Below are positions 7,310-15,354 of a stretch of 61,382 bases of DNA, piece after piece. The notes under the pieces were generated by a model, which saw nothing but the letters and a program-made list of their open reading frames with translations, was not told the origin of the DNA and did not search any database. The position numbers and the translations under genes were made by a program. Origin of the DNA: a virus. The stretch spans positions 1 through 61,382 of the IMG/VR virus record IMGVR_UViG_3300031673_000041; one strand, 5' to 3'. Positions within the stretch are counted from its first letter, which is position 1. Each line of letters opens with the position of its first letter.

Positions 7310-7555
7310 ATGACTCTCGATGGATACAGAACGTTAAGCGACGAAGAATTAATATGGGACTATATTGATACAAAAAGGAACCAACTTAAAATCTATGAAT
7401 TGCCACTGTGGAACAATACATCAATACACCTGCGGACGATCCGAGAATTGGAAAACGCTTTGTACATTGTGAGACACATTAATGAAATCAAACCATATCA
7501 ATTCCCTGAAAAGAAGAACTTTTTTAAGGAGGACAAGTCATGGGTGAGCAATTAA
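7310..7555 (+). CDS. hypothetical protein (81 aa)
   Basis: ATG 3 nt after the upstream stop. Confidence 0.55.
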   Translation: MTLDGYRTLSDEELIWDYIDTKRNQLKIYELPLWNNTSIHLRTIRELENALYIVRHINEIKPYQFPEKKNFFKEDKSWVSN

Positions 7556-7800
7556 AAATCACAAAAGAAAAAACTGCTATGATACGGATAATCTCTAAAG
7601 AAAAATGGTATTACTGGAATATGTACGAGGTGGCTTACGAAGGTGAGTCTTATATGATTATAAAACATTTTAACAATGATCGAGTAATTGCAATCCCCAA
7701 AAATTCAAATGGATGGGTTGCTACAAGTCCAACAAATGGGATCGCTGTTTATGATATGCCAGTATGTGATGCCTTTACGAAATACATTGAGAAACATTAA
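7540..7800 (+). CDS. hypothetical protein (86 aa)
   Basis: SD AAGGAGGA upstream; 16-nt overlap with the previous CDS. Confidence 0.6.
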   Translation: MGEQLKITKEKTAMIRIISKEKWYYWNMYEVAYEGESYMIIKHFNNDRVIAIPKNSNGWVATSPTNGIAVYDMPVCDAFTKYIEKH

Positions 7801-7839
7801 AAAACGCTCATAACTGGTCATACGCGGAGGTTTAACCAA

Positions 7840-8472
7840 ATGACACCTGATACTATAGCTAAGAATACAAACGATACACCATGCAAAGATTATGACGCAA
7901 ATTTAGCATCTAACAGTGACGAACAGACCACTTTAGACTTTGTGCGGCGTACAATATGTGTTCAGTGTGAGAAACCTATTCCTGAAAGTCGCCAACGTCG
8001 GGGATATCCAACGTGCAGTAAGGAGTGTACTCAATTTCGATATGAGGCAGGACTGAAACCGCCAATGGAATATTTTGAGCGATGTATATGGTGTGGCGAT
8101 CCGATCAGCGAAAAGCGTCAACGGCTCCATGCGAAATTTTGCAAACGTCCGAAGGAGTGTGCCTATCAACATACAGCGCATAAGCGAGAAATCGAGAAGG
8201 TAAAAAGCAGAGCGGGAAAGCGGGCAGAGCTTGAAATTCAGGCAATGGAGTTTCTGGACGAGACACCAGAATTCATTGGGTTGTGTATACAACGTATTGA
8301 CAAGGCTCTCGGCAGAGGTATTCAATCGAAGTGGTTATCGATCAGATGGGTGTGTGAGGACATCAGAGTATTTGAAGGGATCAAGTTTCGCAATGAGTGG
8401 CTACCTTATATAGCTCGGTTTATCGTGGAGCGAAATCCCACGTATGAAAAGTTGTTCAAATTAAAGGAATAA
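7840..8472 (+). CDS. Cys-rich protein with two zinc-ribbon-like units (210 aa)
   Basis: SD GCGGAGG upstream; CVQCEKPI...CSKEC and CIWCGDPI...CKRPKEC. Confidence 0.6.
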   Translation: MTPDTIAKNTNDTPCKDYDANLASNSDEQTTLDFVRRTICVQCEKPIPESRQRRGYPTCSKECTQFRYEAGLKPPMEYFERCIWCGDPISEKRQRLHAKFCKRPKECAYQHTAHKREIEKVKSRAGKRAELEIQAMEFLDETPEFIGLCIQRIDKALGRGIQSKWLSIRWVCEDIRVFEGIKFRNEWLPYIARFIVERNPTYEKLFKLKE

Positions 8473-8485
8473 TGGGAGGGATGAA

Positions 8486-8713
8486 ATGATAGGGTATTTT
8501 ATAATGTTTTTTATAGTAGGGGGAATATTTGGAATGATCGGAATGGCACTATTGTTATATGGTAAGTCTCCCGATGGATCAAGGGAGCGAGAAATGATAT
8601 ACAGGGATTTGTTGGGGAAGGTGTTGAGGTGGTATGGTGATGTAGGAGTCTATGCATGCTTCCGTAAAACATTTCCTGAAGAAGAAATCGAAGAAGCATT
8701 AAAGGAACAGTAA
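8486..8713 (+). CDS. small membrane protein (75 aa)
   Basis: SD GGGAGGGA upstream; N-terminal TM IGYFIMFFIVGGIFGMIGMALLLY. Confidence 0.6.
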   Translation: MIGYFIMFFIVGGIFGMIGMALLLYGKSPDGSREREMIYRDLLGKVLRWYGDVGVYACFRKTFPEEEIEEALKEQ

Positions 8714-8724
8714 GGAGGGATGAC

Positions 8725-8916
8725 ATGATAAAGTGGATATGTCAACACATTATCAGACATTATTATTCTTATTGGCTTGATGAAGATGGCGAATATTTCA
8801 GAAGCTGTTCTATTTGTAAAAAAAGCCAAAAGTTAAAAGAAAACTTTTGTGATCCCGCTAAGCCAGCATTTGAATGGATAAATATAATCATGGAGGACAC
8901 ATCATGCCAAAAGTAA
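8725..8916 (+). CDS. hypothetical Cys-containing protein (63 aa)
   Basis: SD AAGGAGGGA upstream. Confidence 0.55.
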   Translation: MIKWICQHIIRHYYSYWLDEDGEYFRSCSICKKSQKLKENFCDPAKPAFEWINIIMEDTSCQK

Positions 8917-9152
8917 AGATTGAGACAAGGGGAAACATAACAAATATGAAAATGGGAAATGGTCGTGCTTATTTAGCACAACATATCGGTAGCGGGGGAA
9001 TGAGAATTATCATTAAATTTGAAGAAAAATGTTTATATGTATGTGATGATAATACATTCGGTCAGGACAGCAGCGACGAGTATGCTCGTTCTGCACATAC
9101 CATCCTCAAAGACATCACAGACGAATTAGAAATAACCTATGTGGAGAAATGA
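8904..9152 (+). CDS. hypothetical protein (82 aa)
   Basis: internal ATG of track ORF 8874..9152, preceded by TGGAGGA. Confidence 0.55.
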   Translation: MPKVKIETRGNITNMKMGNGRAYLAQHIGSGGMRIIIKFEEKCLYVCDDNTFGQDSSDEYARSAHTILKDITDELEITYVEK

Positions 9153-9155
9153 AAA

Positions 9156-9347
9156 ATGGAATTATATGAAAGAGTTTGGGAAGCATTTGACCATGTACCA
9201 AAGCATTACCTCACAGGACAGTGGCTACCAGTTACTAAAAAAAGATTACAAGACGCGATTGCGTATGCGTTAAGGCAAGGAGAAATAAATGCGACCCGTA
9301 CCGAAACCTGGAAAACATACAAAAAAGAAATACAAAGAGCCTCTTGA
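9156..9347 (+). CDS. hypothetical protein (63 aa)
   Basis: SD GTGGAGAA upstream. Confidence 0.5.
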   Translation: MELYERVWEAFDHVPKHYLTGQWLPVTKKRLQDAIAYALRQGEINATRTETWKTYKKEIQRAS

Positions 9348-9741
9348 TAGATTGCTCTTTGACAAGCAAACTCATAGGGGTATAAAAGATATTTCCAGAA
9401 CTGCCGACCTGGGGAGTGAAGATGAGCTGCAGGAAAATTGTGAGAACTGGTTGAAAGAACAAAAAATAAAATACATCCACGTAGGACAACAAACCTATAG
9501 AAATGCTAAGTCGAAATCAACATACAAGGGCATTCCCGATCTGTTAATATTTATAAAATTCAGAGATCACAACATGGCTCATTTGGTCGAATTAAAATCT
9601 CTTTTAGGGAAAGCCTCGACAGGACAATATACTTGGTCAAGTGGGTTGAATGTTTATCTATTGAGAGCATTCGAAGATTTTAAAAAATCGGTATTGAAGT
9701 TTTTAAAAATGGTTGAATATTTAGAGACCAACCTGAATTGA
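9289..9741 (+). CDS. VRR-NUC domain nuclease
   Basis: SD AAGGAG upstream; GIPDLLIF ... AHLVELKSLLGKASTGQ (PD...ExK plus a conserved Gln), as in VRR-NUC. Confidence 0.65.
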   Translation: MRPVPKPGKHTKKKYKEPLDRLLFDKQTHRGIKDISRTADLGSEDELQENCENWLKEQKIKYIHVGQQTYRNAKSKSTYKGIPDLLIFIKFRDHNMAHLVELKSLLGKASTGQYTWSSGLNVYLLRAFEDFKKSVLKFLKMVEYLETNLN

Positions 9742-9753
9742 TGGAGGGCAATT

Positions 9754-10563
9754 ATGAGTGATTTACTTTTTAAAAAATATCTTATATGTTCCGATTCTCA
9801 ATGTGGGCACATGGGGGGATTAACCCCTCCTGCGTGGAGGGTATCAGAAGAACGAAATGAAGAGTTGATTGCTAAGGGTCACGGTGATTGGCGAACAATT
9901 GAACAAGTTGCTTTTGATTTCTTTCAAGAAAATACTCAAGGTCAATATGATGGTCTTTGTTTATTGGGAGACTTGATTGATGGGAAAGGCTATTACAGTG
10001 GTGCAAGGGAATGTTTAACGGCGGATCGGGATGAACAAGTCGACATGGCCGAGGCTTGTTTTAAGCATATTAGAGCCAAAGAAATAGCCGGTTGTTATGG
10101 CACTTGCTATCATGTGGGTGCAAGTGAAAGGTGGGAGTCTCAAGTTTTAGGAAAACTCGGTGGCTCTATCAGAAATGTTATAGAGATCCACATTAAAGAC
10201 TTTGACATATTAATGCGTTTCCGTCATCACATTGGGAGAACGTCAACTCCTACGGGTGGCGATATAATGCTTAGAAAAATGATGCTTAACGAATTGATGT
10301 GGGAGCGGGATCACGATATCCGCCCTGCCGATGTTTATGGGTTTGCACATGCTCATTACTTTAGATGTTTAAAAGACGCTACTTGGACAGTATTTATAAA
10401 TCCGTCATTACAAACCTGGACAGAATTTGGATCAACAAGATGTTCTGGTGTGATACATTTTGGGGTTGTAGAGTTGACTATTTGGGAAGACGGGAAAATT
10501 GACATTAATCCAAAATTAATGAAATTAAATACAATCACAACTAACAAACCTTTGGAGTGGTAA
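9754..10563 (+). CDS. calcineurin-like metallophosphoesterase (divergent)
   Basis: SD TGGAGGG upstream; LICSDSQCGH (DxH), LLGDLIDG (GDxxDxG), GTCYH, FAHAHY. Confidence 0.55.
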   Translation: MSDLLFKKYLICSDSQCGHMGGLTPPAWRVSEERNEELIAKGHGDWRTIEQVAFDFFQENTQGQYDGLCLLGDLIDGKGYYSGARECLTADRDEQVDMAEACFKHIRAKEIAGCYGTCYHVGASERWESQVLGKLGGSIRNVIEIHIKDFDILMRFRHHIGRTSTPTGGDIMLRKMMLNELMWERDHDIRPADVYGFAHAHYFRCLKDATWTVFINPSLQTWTEFGSTRCSGVIHFGVVELTIWEDGKIDINPKLMKLNTITTNKPLEW

Positions 10564-10564
10564 A

Positions 10565-10792
10565 ATGAAAGAATTAGACATTCCGACATGGAAAACAGAA
10601 CTTGATGCTTTGCGTGGAAATTCCAGATTGATTAAACTGACAAAAGAACAACTTGAAATAGTTCACTATTCCCGCACAGGAAAAGAACCTTTGAGTTGGC
10701 ATAAAATTAAAGATTTTATTGATAAAAAATATGGCACAATATCATTAGAGGTGATCAAAAGGGAATACAATAAATACAAGGGGGAAATATAA
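10565..10792 (+). CDS. hypothetical protein (75 aa)
   Basis: ATG 1 nt after the upstream stop; SD GGAGTGG. Confidence 0.55.
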   Translation: MKELDIPTWKTELDALRGNSRLIKLTKEQLEIVHYSRTGKEPLSWHKIKDFIDKKYGTISLEVIKREYNKYKGEI

Positions 10793-11157
10793 TGGATCAT
10801 AAAGAAGTTAAATGGAAAGATTCTAAATTATGGTATTTTGCACATCCATATTCGGGAGAAAACGAACAGGGTAATTTTGACTTGAACAACGAGAGAGTGT
10901 CCGCCTTGTTGGATTTTGGTTATCGAATTTATGGCCCAATAACATATTGTCACGTATTGCACTTGGTAAAACATAGAGACTGGAAGTTCTGGATTGATTT
11001 TGACAGACCGTTTATGGAAAAATGTGATGGATTGATACTTGCGCCTGGATGGGAAAACTCAAAAGGTTGCAAGATAGAATATGAATACTTTCAAAAAGTA
11101 GGAAAGCCAATATTGTTTTACAGGGAACTGGTAAAATTGAAGGTTAAAAATAAATAA
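10792..11157 (+). CDS. nucleoside 2-deoxyribosyltransferase-like fold protein (DUF1937/DUF4406-like)
   Basis: TAATG overlap; WYFAHPYSG ... YGPITYCH ... CDGLILAPGWENSKGCKIEYEYF resembles that family. Confidence 0.4.
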   Translation: MDHKEVKWKDSKLWYFAHPYSGENEQGNFDLNNERVSALLDFGYRIYGPITYCHVLHLVKHRDWKFWIDFDRPFMEKCDGLILAPGWENSKGCKIEYEYFQKVGKPILFYRELVKLKVKNK

Positions 11158-11165
11158 AATATAAC

Positions 11166-11194
11166 TTGTATTTTAAATAAAAATTAATTATATT
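11166..11194 (+). promoter_or_regulatory. sigma70-type promoter, copy 3 of the cassette
   Basis: TTGTAT (11166-11171), 17 nt, TATATT (11189-11194); AAAAATAAATAAAA upstream. The downstream 38-nt leader is near-identical to that of copy 1. Confidence 0.7.
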
Positions 11195-11242
11195 ATAAGT
11201 GCGATGAGAAACCAAGACGACATAGAAAGAGGAGAAAGCACG

Positions 11243-11425
11243 ATGAAAAATACAAAAATTAAAAATGTTGGCAATGCCGAAAAACTGTATGATAAATTAC
11301 ATAATATGGTGTCAAAAGAATATGAAAGGAATGATCGTAACCCACACTGGATTCCCGATTTTTATGTGTTGAGTGCTGAAGAAAAAATGATTGAATGTTT
11401 GGATTATATTCTTGAATGGTCATAA
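11243..11425 (+). CDS. hypothetical protein (60 aa)
   Basis: internal ATG of track ORF 11204..11425, preceded by AGAGGAG. Confidence 0.55.
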   Translation: MKNTKIKNVGNAEKLYDKLHNMVSKEYERNDRNPHWIPDFYVLSAEEKMIECLDYILEWS

Positions 11426-11438
11426 GGGAGATCGTAAA

Positions 11439-11663
11439 ATGAATAATAAAATGATTATAGATTATAATTCAGTTGCCGCTTTTCTTGCAAACGAAAACGA
11501 TGAAATACAAGCTGAATTTTTTAAAACATTTATAATAGAATTACAAAAAGTTTGCAAAACTCACTATCATACTGAATTCCAATTAGCAGGTATTAATCAA
11601 AATTTATCAAAAGAAGAAAGAGAATTATTATCAATGATTGGTTTTGAGAAGGATTTATCATGA
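11439..11663 (+). CDS. hypothetical protein (74 aa)
   Basis: internal ATG of track ORF 11391..11663, preceded by AAGGGAG. Confidence 0.55.
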   Translation: MNNKMIIDYNSVAAFLANENDEIQAEFFKTFIIELQKVCKTHYHTEFQLAGINQNLSKEERELLSMIGFEKDLS

Positions 11664-11801
11664 ACATCTTTTAAGTAATAATTATAGAATCGAAAACTCA
11701 AAAATGCGAGGACAAATGGAGAATCTGATATACCTTTCTTTTCGAAACAAGTAAATGGTCATATGCCTTTCTTTTTTAAAATAAGGAAATAATAGACACC
11801 C

Positions 11802-12230
11802 ATGAGACTTGAAAAAAGATTTTTAGTTAAACAGAAAAATGGCATAATCATCCCGGATGAATGGAGATTATATCATAACAATATCAAGAAATTCAAGGAT
11901 CAGGACTTCTGGGTAGTATTCGAGAAAGTATTCAAGCAAAGATCGATACAGGAAAATCGTTATCTATTTGGTTGTGTTATTAAAATCCTTATCGAACAAA
12001 CTGAATCTTTTGGCGGATGGGAAAGCATAGAAGTTTATCGCTGGCTTGAATGGTTTTTTCTTAACAACTGGCCTGATGAAAAACCGAGACCGTGGATTAG
12101 TATTAAAAATTTATCAACGCTGGATTTTGAAGCGTTAATGGAACGGATCAGGGAATATGCACCGCAGGAATGGGACTGTATAATCCCCGAACCAAATCAA
12201 GTTAATTTAACGGGAGAAGTAATATTTTGA
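11802..12230 (+). CDS. NinB/Orf-like recombination mediator candidate
   Basis: KQRSIQENRYLFGCVIKIL resembles lambda NinB NRSLDQNRKLWACLGDV; C-terminal LSTLDFEALMERIREYA. No clear SD. Confidence 0.35.
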   Translation: MRLEKRFLVKQKNGIIIPDEWRLYHNNIKKFKDQDFWVVFEKVFKQRSIQENRYLFGCVIKILIEQTESFGGWESIEVYRWLEWFFLNNWPDEKPRPWISIKNLSTLDFEALMERIREYAPQEWDCIIPEPNQVNLTGEVIF

Positions 12231-12244
12231 ATAACTTAAAATGT

Positions 12245-12391
12245 ATGTTAAAAGAACCTTGCAAAAAACACAAATTAAATAAACTTGGATATGTAGCATG
12301 GTTTGACTGGGCAGACAAAATGATAGCAAAGGGAGAAAAGGAAATATATTGCGCTGAGTGTGGACGTTGGTTTTTTGAATGTGAATTTTAA
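12245..12391 (+). CDS. small zinc-binding protein (48 aa)
   Basis: MLKEPCKKH...GYVAWFDWADK...CAECGRWFFECEF; below the track cutoff; an upstream TTG start at 12227 is also possible. Confidence 0.45.
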   Translation: MLKEPCKKHKLNKLGYVAWFDWADKMIAKGEKEIYCAECGRWFFECEF

Positions 12392-12508
12392 TGGGAGAGA
12401 TAATATTTTGAAGTTGCCCGTTCTAAAATTAACACTTTCGTTAATTAACTATATGTCACGAAACTTAAATATAAACTTTTATAATTAACTATATTGGGAG
12501 GACGAAAG

Positions 12509-12688
12509 ATGGCAAATTATTGTAAGGATTGTGGGTGTAGAACAAATGGAGGAATCTGTTCTAATTGCCAAGAAGAATTATACATAATAGAATATCAGGG
12601 AGAGTTTGTTGAAACGATAAGTGATGAATTTGCACAAAAAGCAAACGAACAAAAAGAATATTTGAAGTACGGAAAATTGGAGGAATGA
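12509..12688 (+). CDS. small zinc-ribbon protein (59 aa)
   Basis: ATG after GGGAGGA; CKDCGC ... CSNC. Confidence 0.6.
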   Translation: MANYCKDCGCRTNGGICSNCQEELYIIEYQGEFVETISDEFAQKANEQKEYLKYGKLEE

Positions 12689-12691
12689 AAG

Positions 12692-12961
12692 ATGCCAATA
12701 GAAATAGAAAACGTAATAAAGGAATTGCAAGAATTTAATAAGGCCGACCAAAACTATATGGATATGATGGGCGATATTGAGGATAGATTTAATTTATTGT
12801 TGAAGGAATTAAATAAACTTTACGAAAAATACGATCAACTTGAAAACAAGTTATTGGAGGATTCAACAATTGGAATTAATACAACACAGGAAAGAAAACG
12901 ATGTGGTGAATTTGCTTTGGCGATATTAACACTCATTAAAAAATACGATGGGAGGACTTAA
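12692..12961 (+). CDS. hypothetical coiled-coil protein (89 aa)
   Basis: SD TGGAGGAA upstream. Confidence 0.6.
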   Translation: MPIEIENVIKELQEFNKADQNYMDMMGDIEDRFNLLLKELNKLYEKYDQLENKLLEDSTIGINTTQERKRCGEFALAILTLIKKYDGRT

Positions 12962-12962
12962 G

Positions 12963-13190
12963 ATGAAAGCAACATGGGATAATTATTTACCGATGTATAG
13001 AGAATGGCAAGAAGAACATTTTGCACCGTATAATGAACCAGATAAGCCTGAGCCTGAAGTGGAATGTGAATGTGGCTGGCAGGGTCAACAGGCCGACCTT
13101 CACAATCCAAACTCCTATGGCGATGATATTTATATCGAAGGTGAATGCTGCCCTAAATGTGGTTCTAAGAATGTAGGAGACATAAAGTGA
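12963..13190 (+). CDS. small zinc-ribbon protein (75 aa)
   Basis: ATG after GGGAGGA; CECGW ... CCPKCGS. Confidence 0.6.
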   Translation: MKATWDNYLPMYREWQEEHFAPYNEPDKPEPEVECECGWQGQQADLHNPNSYGDDIYIEGECCPKCGSKNVGDIK

Positions 13191-13339
13191 AATGTCCAAA
13201 ATGTGAAATACTTCTCGAATTGTATGATCAAGTTCCACAGACCAATAGAAATTATTGGCTTATGACAGAATTATTTGTAATGATTCATAATGGAAAAGAT
13301 GTATGTGATTATAGAGACATAACAAATGATGGGAGATAA
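13187..13339 (+). CDS. small zinc-ribbon-like protein (50 aa)
   Basis: GTGA overlap with the upstream stop; begins VKCPKCE; weak call. Confidence 0.35.
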   Translation: MKCPKCEILLELYDQVPQTNRNYWLMTELFVMIHNGKDVCDYRDITNDGR

Positions 13340-13351
13340 TGTTTTGAGAGA

Positions 13352-13502
13352 AGTTGCCTCTGTGGCGAAATCAAACGCACTGATTCCATCCAGATTTCGG
13401 CTACAGGCATACCATAAATCCATGAATTGGAGAGTATGTCACGAGTGAGATGGAAACTTTAAAACGAAATGCAGGTGTCGTCGAATCCTGTCAGGGGCAG
13501 TT
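13352..13502 (+). ncRNA. candidate structured RNA / 5' leader of the 13530-16226 operon
   Basis: An ORF-free stretch, visibly more G+C-rich than its flanks. AGTTGCCTCTG (13352-13362) pairs with CAGGGGCAGTT (13492-13502). An inner hairpin pairs GGCGAAATC with GATTTCGGC (13364-13372 / 13393-13401). ACAGG pairs with CCTGT (13403-13407 / 13487-13491). Confidence 0.35.
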
Positions 13503-13529
13503 CTCTAATTTAAAAAGGAGGAATAAAAC

Positions 13530-13769
13530 ATGACTAAAAATGACATGGGTCAAGAACATAGGATATGTAAGGAATGCTGGATCGAACACATAGAAAATTG
13601 TACTACTTGTTTTGGGTTCGGCTTAAAAAATCCAAAAGATAAATCTAAAAAACCTTATTCGCCGATAACGGCAGCAGCAGCAAAGGATAAACATGGAATA
13701 GAAGATTATGTAATTTGTCCTGAATGTCACGGGACACCGTTCGGGATAAAAAAAGGAGTCAACACATGA
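13530..13769 (+). CDS. zinc-ribbon protein (79 aa)
   Basis: SD AAAGGAGGA upstream; CKEC ... CTTC ... CPECHG. Confidence 0.65.
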   Translation: MTKNDMGQEHRICKECWIEHIENCTTCFGFGLKNPKDKSKKPYSPITAAAAKDKHGIEDYVICPECHGTPFGIKKGVNT

Positions 13770-13960
13770 TTAATCGAAAATTAATAACAAAGTTGAGAAA
13801 ACAAAACGGGTGGACTCTTGCGGAATTGTCGAAGCGGGCAAAGATAACGATTCCCGCATTGCACATGGTAGAAAAGGGGAAGGTCGGGAATCCCCGAATC
13901 AGTACGCTCACTGGCATAGCGAAAGCGTTGGGATGCGGAATTCAGGATCTTGTAAAGTAA
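13766..13960 (+). CDS. XRE-family helix-turn-helix regulator
   Basis: ATGA overlap, SD AAAGGAG; LRKQNGWTLAELSKRAKITIPALHMVEKGKVGNPRISTLTGIAKALGC is a classic HTH_3 pattern. Confidence 0.8.
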   Translation: MINRKLITKLRKQNGWTLAELSKRAKITIPALHMVEKGKVGNPRISTLTGIAKALGCGIQDLVK

Positions 13961-13971
13961 GAGGGGTGTAA

Positions 13972-15354
13972 ATGTTAAAATTATTTAGTGAGAACGTAGA
14001 ATTTATTTACGTTGAAAGTGTTATTGGTTCTGGTTATGAAGAACAAGTCGCAAAACTTGCAATTGAAGATGGGGTTGCATATAGGGCGGCACGTAAAAAT
14101 ATGCAGATACATTCTGCAATAATATTAAAAATAAATGATGAATTTAGTGGATTTTTTACGTTTCAAATTAACCACGAAGCAAAAGAATTCTGTTTACTAC
14201 AATCTGCTATGTCTTTAAATAAAAAAGACAAAGATATTTATAGAGATATGGTTGGTGAAATCATAGAACAGAATACTTTCGGTTATCCAATGATAATGAC
14301 TGTTAGCACAAAACATGATCTGGAATGTCCTGCCGTATTTGAATCAATCGGGTTTCAAACATATTTGAATTTAAGTGGATTTGCTTATATGGTTTATGGT
14401 ACATTAGATCAAGTTAGAATGAAAAGATTAGCACACGCAACTATGACAAACGCATGGACAACAACGAGGTCGGATTGGTTAAGAATGAAAAAAGAATGGA
14501 ACGAGAAAATTGAAGATGCTGGGGAAAAACATAATGTACCAAATCCCAAATATGCTTCTCGTGATGGTTGCTGGCAAGGCTCTAACGGATATTCAAACGT
14601 TGTGTTAGCATCACAAATCGTAGAAGATGGTAAGGTAATAAATAAAAAAGGTAAGTCATTTAATGGCAACGCCTCCGTTTTAGATCCTGTTGCATGTGAG
14701 GTCATATTGCGGTTTTTTATGCCAGAGACCGGTAAAAGCATTTATAATCCTTTTGGTGGTGGTGTTCAATTTGGTTTTATATCTGGTAGTTATGGTTATA
14801 AATATGTAGCAAGTGAAATAAGACAAAATCAATGTGATGCTAACAATAAAATATGTAGTGATTTTAAAGATGTGAAATGGATCAAAAGTGATAGCTCAAC
14901 CTATAAACCGGATGGAATGTTTGATTTAATTTTCACCTGTCCGCCATATTATAGGGTTGAAAAATATATAGATTATGATGGAAGTTCACCTGGTGGAGAG
15001 ATTAATACGCTTGGAACGTATGAAGAATTTAGGGATGCTTTGTTTTCTGGTTATAAAAAAGCTATAGATAGTTTAAATGATAATTGTTTTTTTGTTGCTA
15101 TGGTTGGCGATAGTAGGGGAAAGGACGGTGGCTATTATGGATGTGAAGCCGAGCATGAATTGTTTTTTAGGGAGCAAGGATTATATATTTATAATAAAAT
15201 AGTTTATTTAGAGTGTGAGTTTACAAGGTTAGCACACGCAAAAAGAACATTGGATTATAGGAAATTCCCTAAAAGAGAACAAAAGATACTTGTGTTTTAT
15301 AAAGGTGATATGAAAAAAATAAAAGAATTATATCCGCCAATTGGTAGATTGTAA
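13972..15354 (+). CDS. DNA N6-adenine/N4-cytosine methyltransferase with an extra N-terminal (GNAT-like?) domain
   Basis: SD AGAGGGG upstream. Motif I IYNPFGGGVQFG, motif IV DLIFTCPPYY, C-terminal KILVFYKGD, as in phage amino-methyltransferases. The N-terminal ~150 aa are unrelated and end in AVFESIGFQ. Confidence 0.8.
   Translation: MLKLFSENVEFIYVESVIGSGYEEQVAKLAIEDGVAYRAARKNMQIHSAIILKINDEFSGFFTFQINHEAKEFCLLQSAMSLNKKDKDIYRDMVGEIIEQNTFGYPMIMTVSTKHDLECPAVFESIGFQTYLNLSGFAYMVYGTLDQVRMKRLAHATMTNAWTTTRSDWLRMKKEWNEKIEDAGEKHNVPNPKYASRDGCWQGSNGYSNVVLASQIVEDGKVINKKGKSFNGNASVLDPVACEVILRFFMPETGKSIYNPFGGGVQFGFISGSYGYKYVASEIRQNQCDANNKICSDFKDVKWIKSDSSTYKPDGMFDLIFTCPPYYRVEKYIDYDGSSPGGEINTLGTYEEFRDALFSGYKKAIDSLNDNCFFVAMVGDSRGKDGGYYGCEAEHELFFREQGLYIYNKIVYLECEFTRLAHAKRTLDYRKFPKREQKILVFYKGDMKKIKELYPPIGRL

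Noticed and set aside
13341-13360. GTTTTGAGAG... resembling a CRISPR repeat or tracrRNA anti-repeat
   Set aside because: Only two diverged copies exist (12392 and 13331), about 940 nt apart, with genes between them. There is no regular repeat-spacer array and there are no cas genes.
13470-13500. T-arm-like GTCGAATCC suggesting a tRNA at 13400-13500
   Set aside because: No T-stem flanks the loop and there is no acceptor or D-arm pairing. The segment is better explained as part of the larger leader structure.
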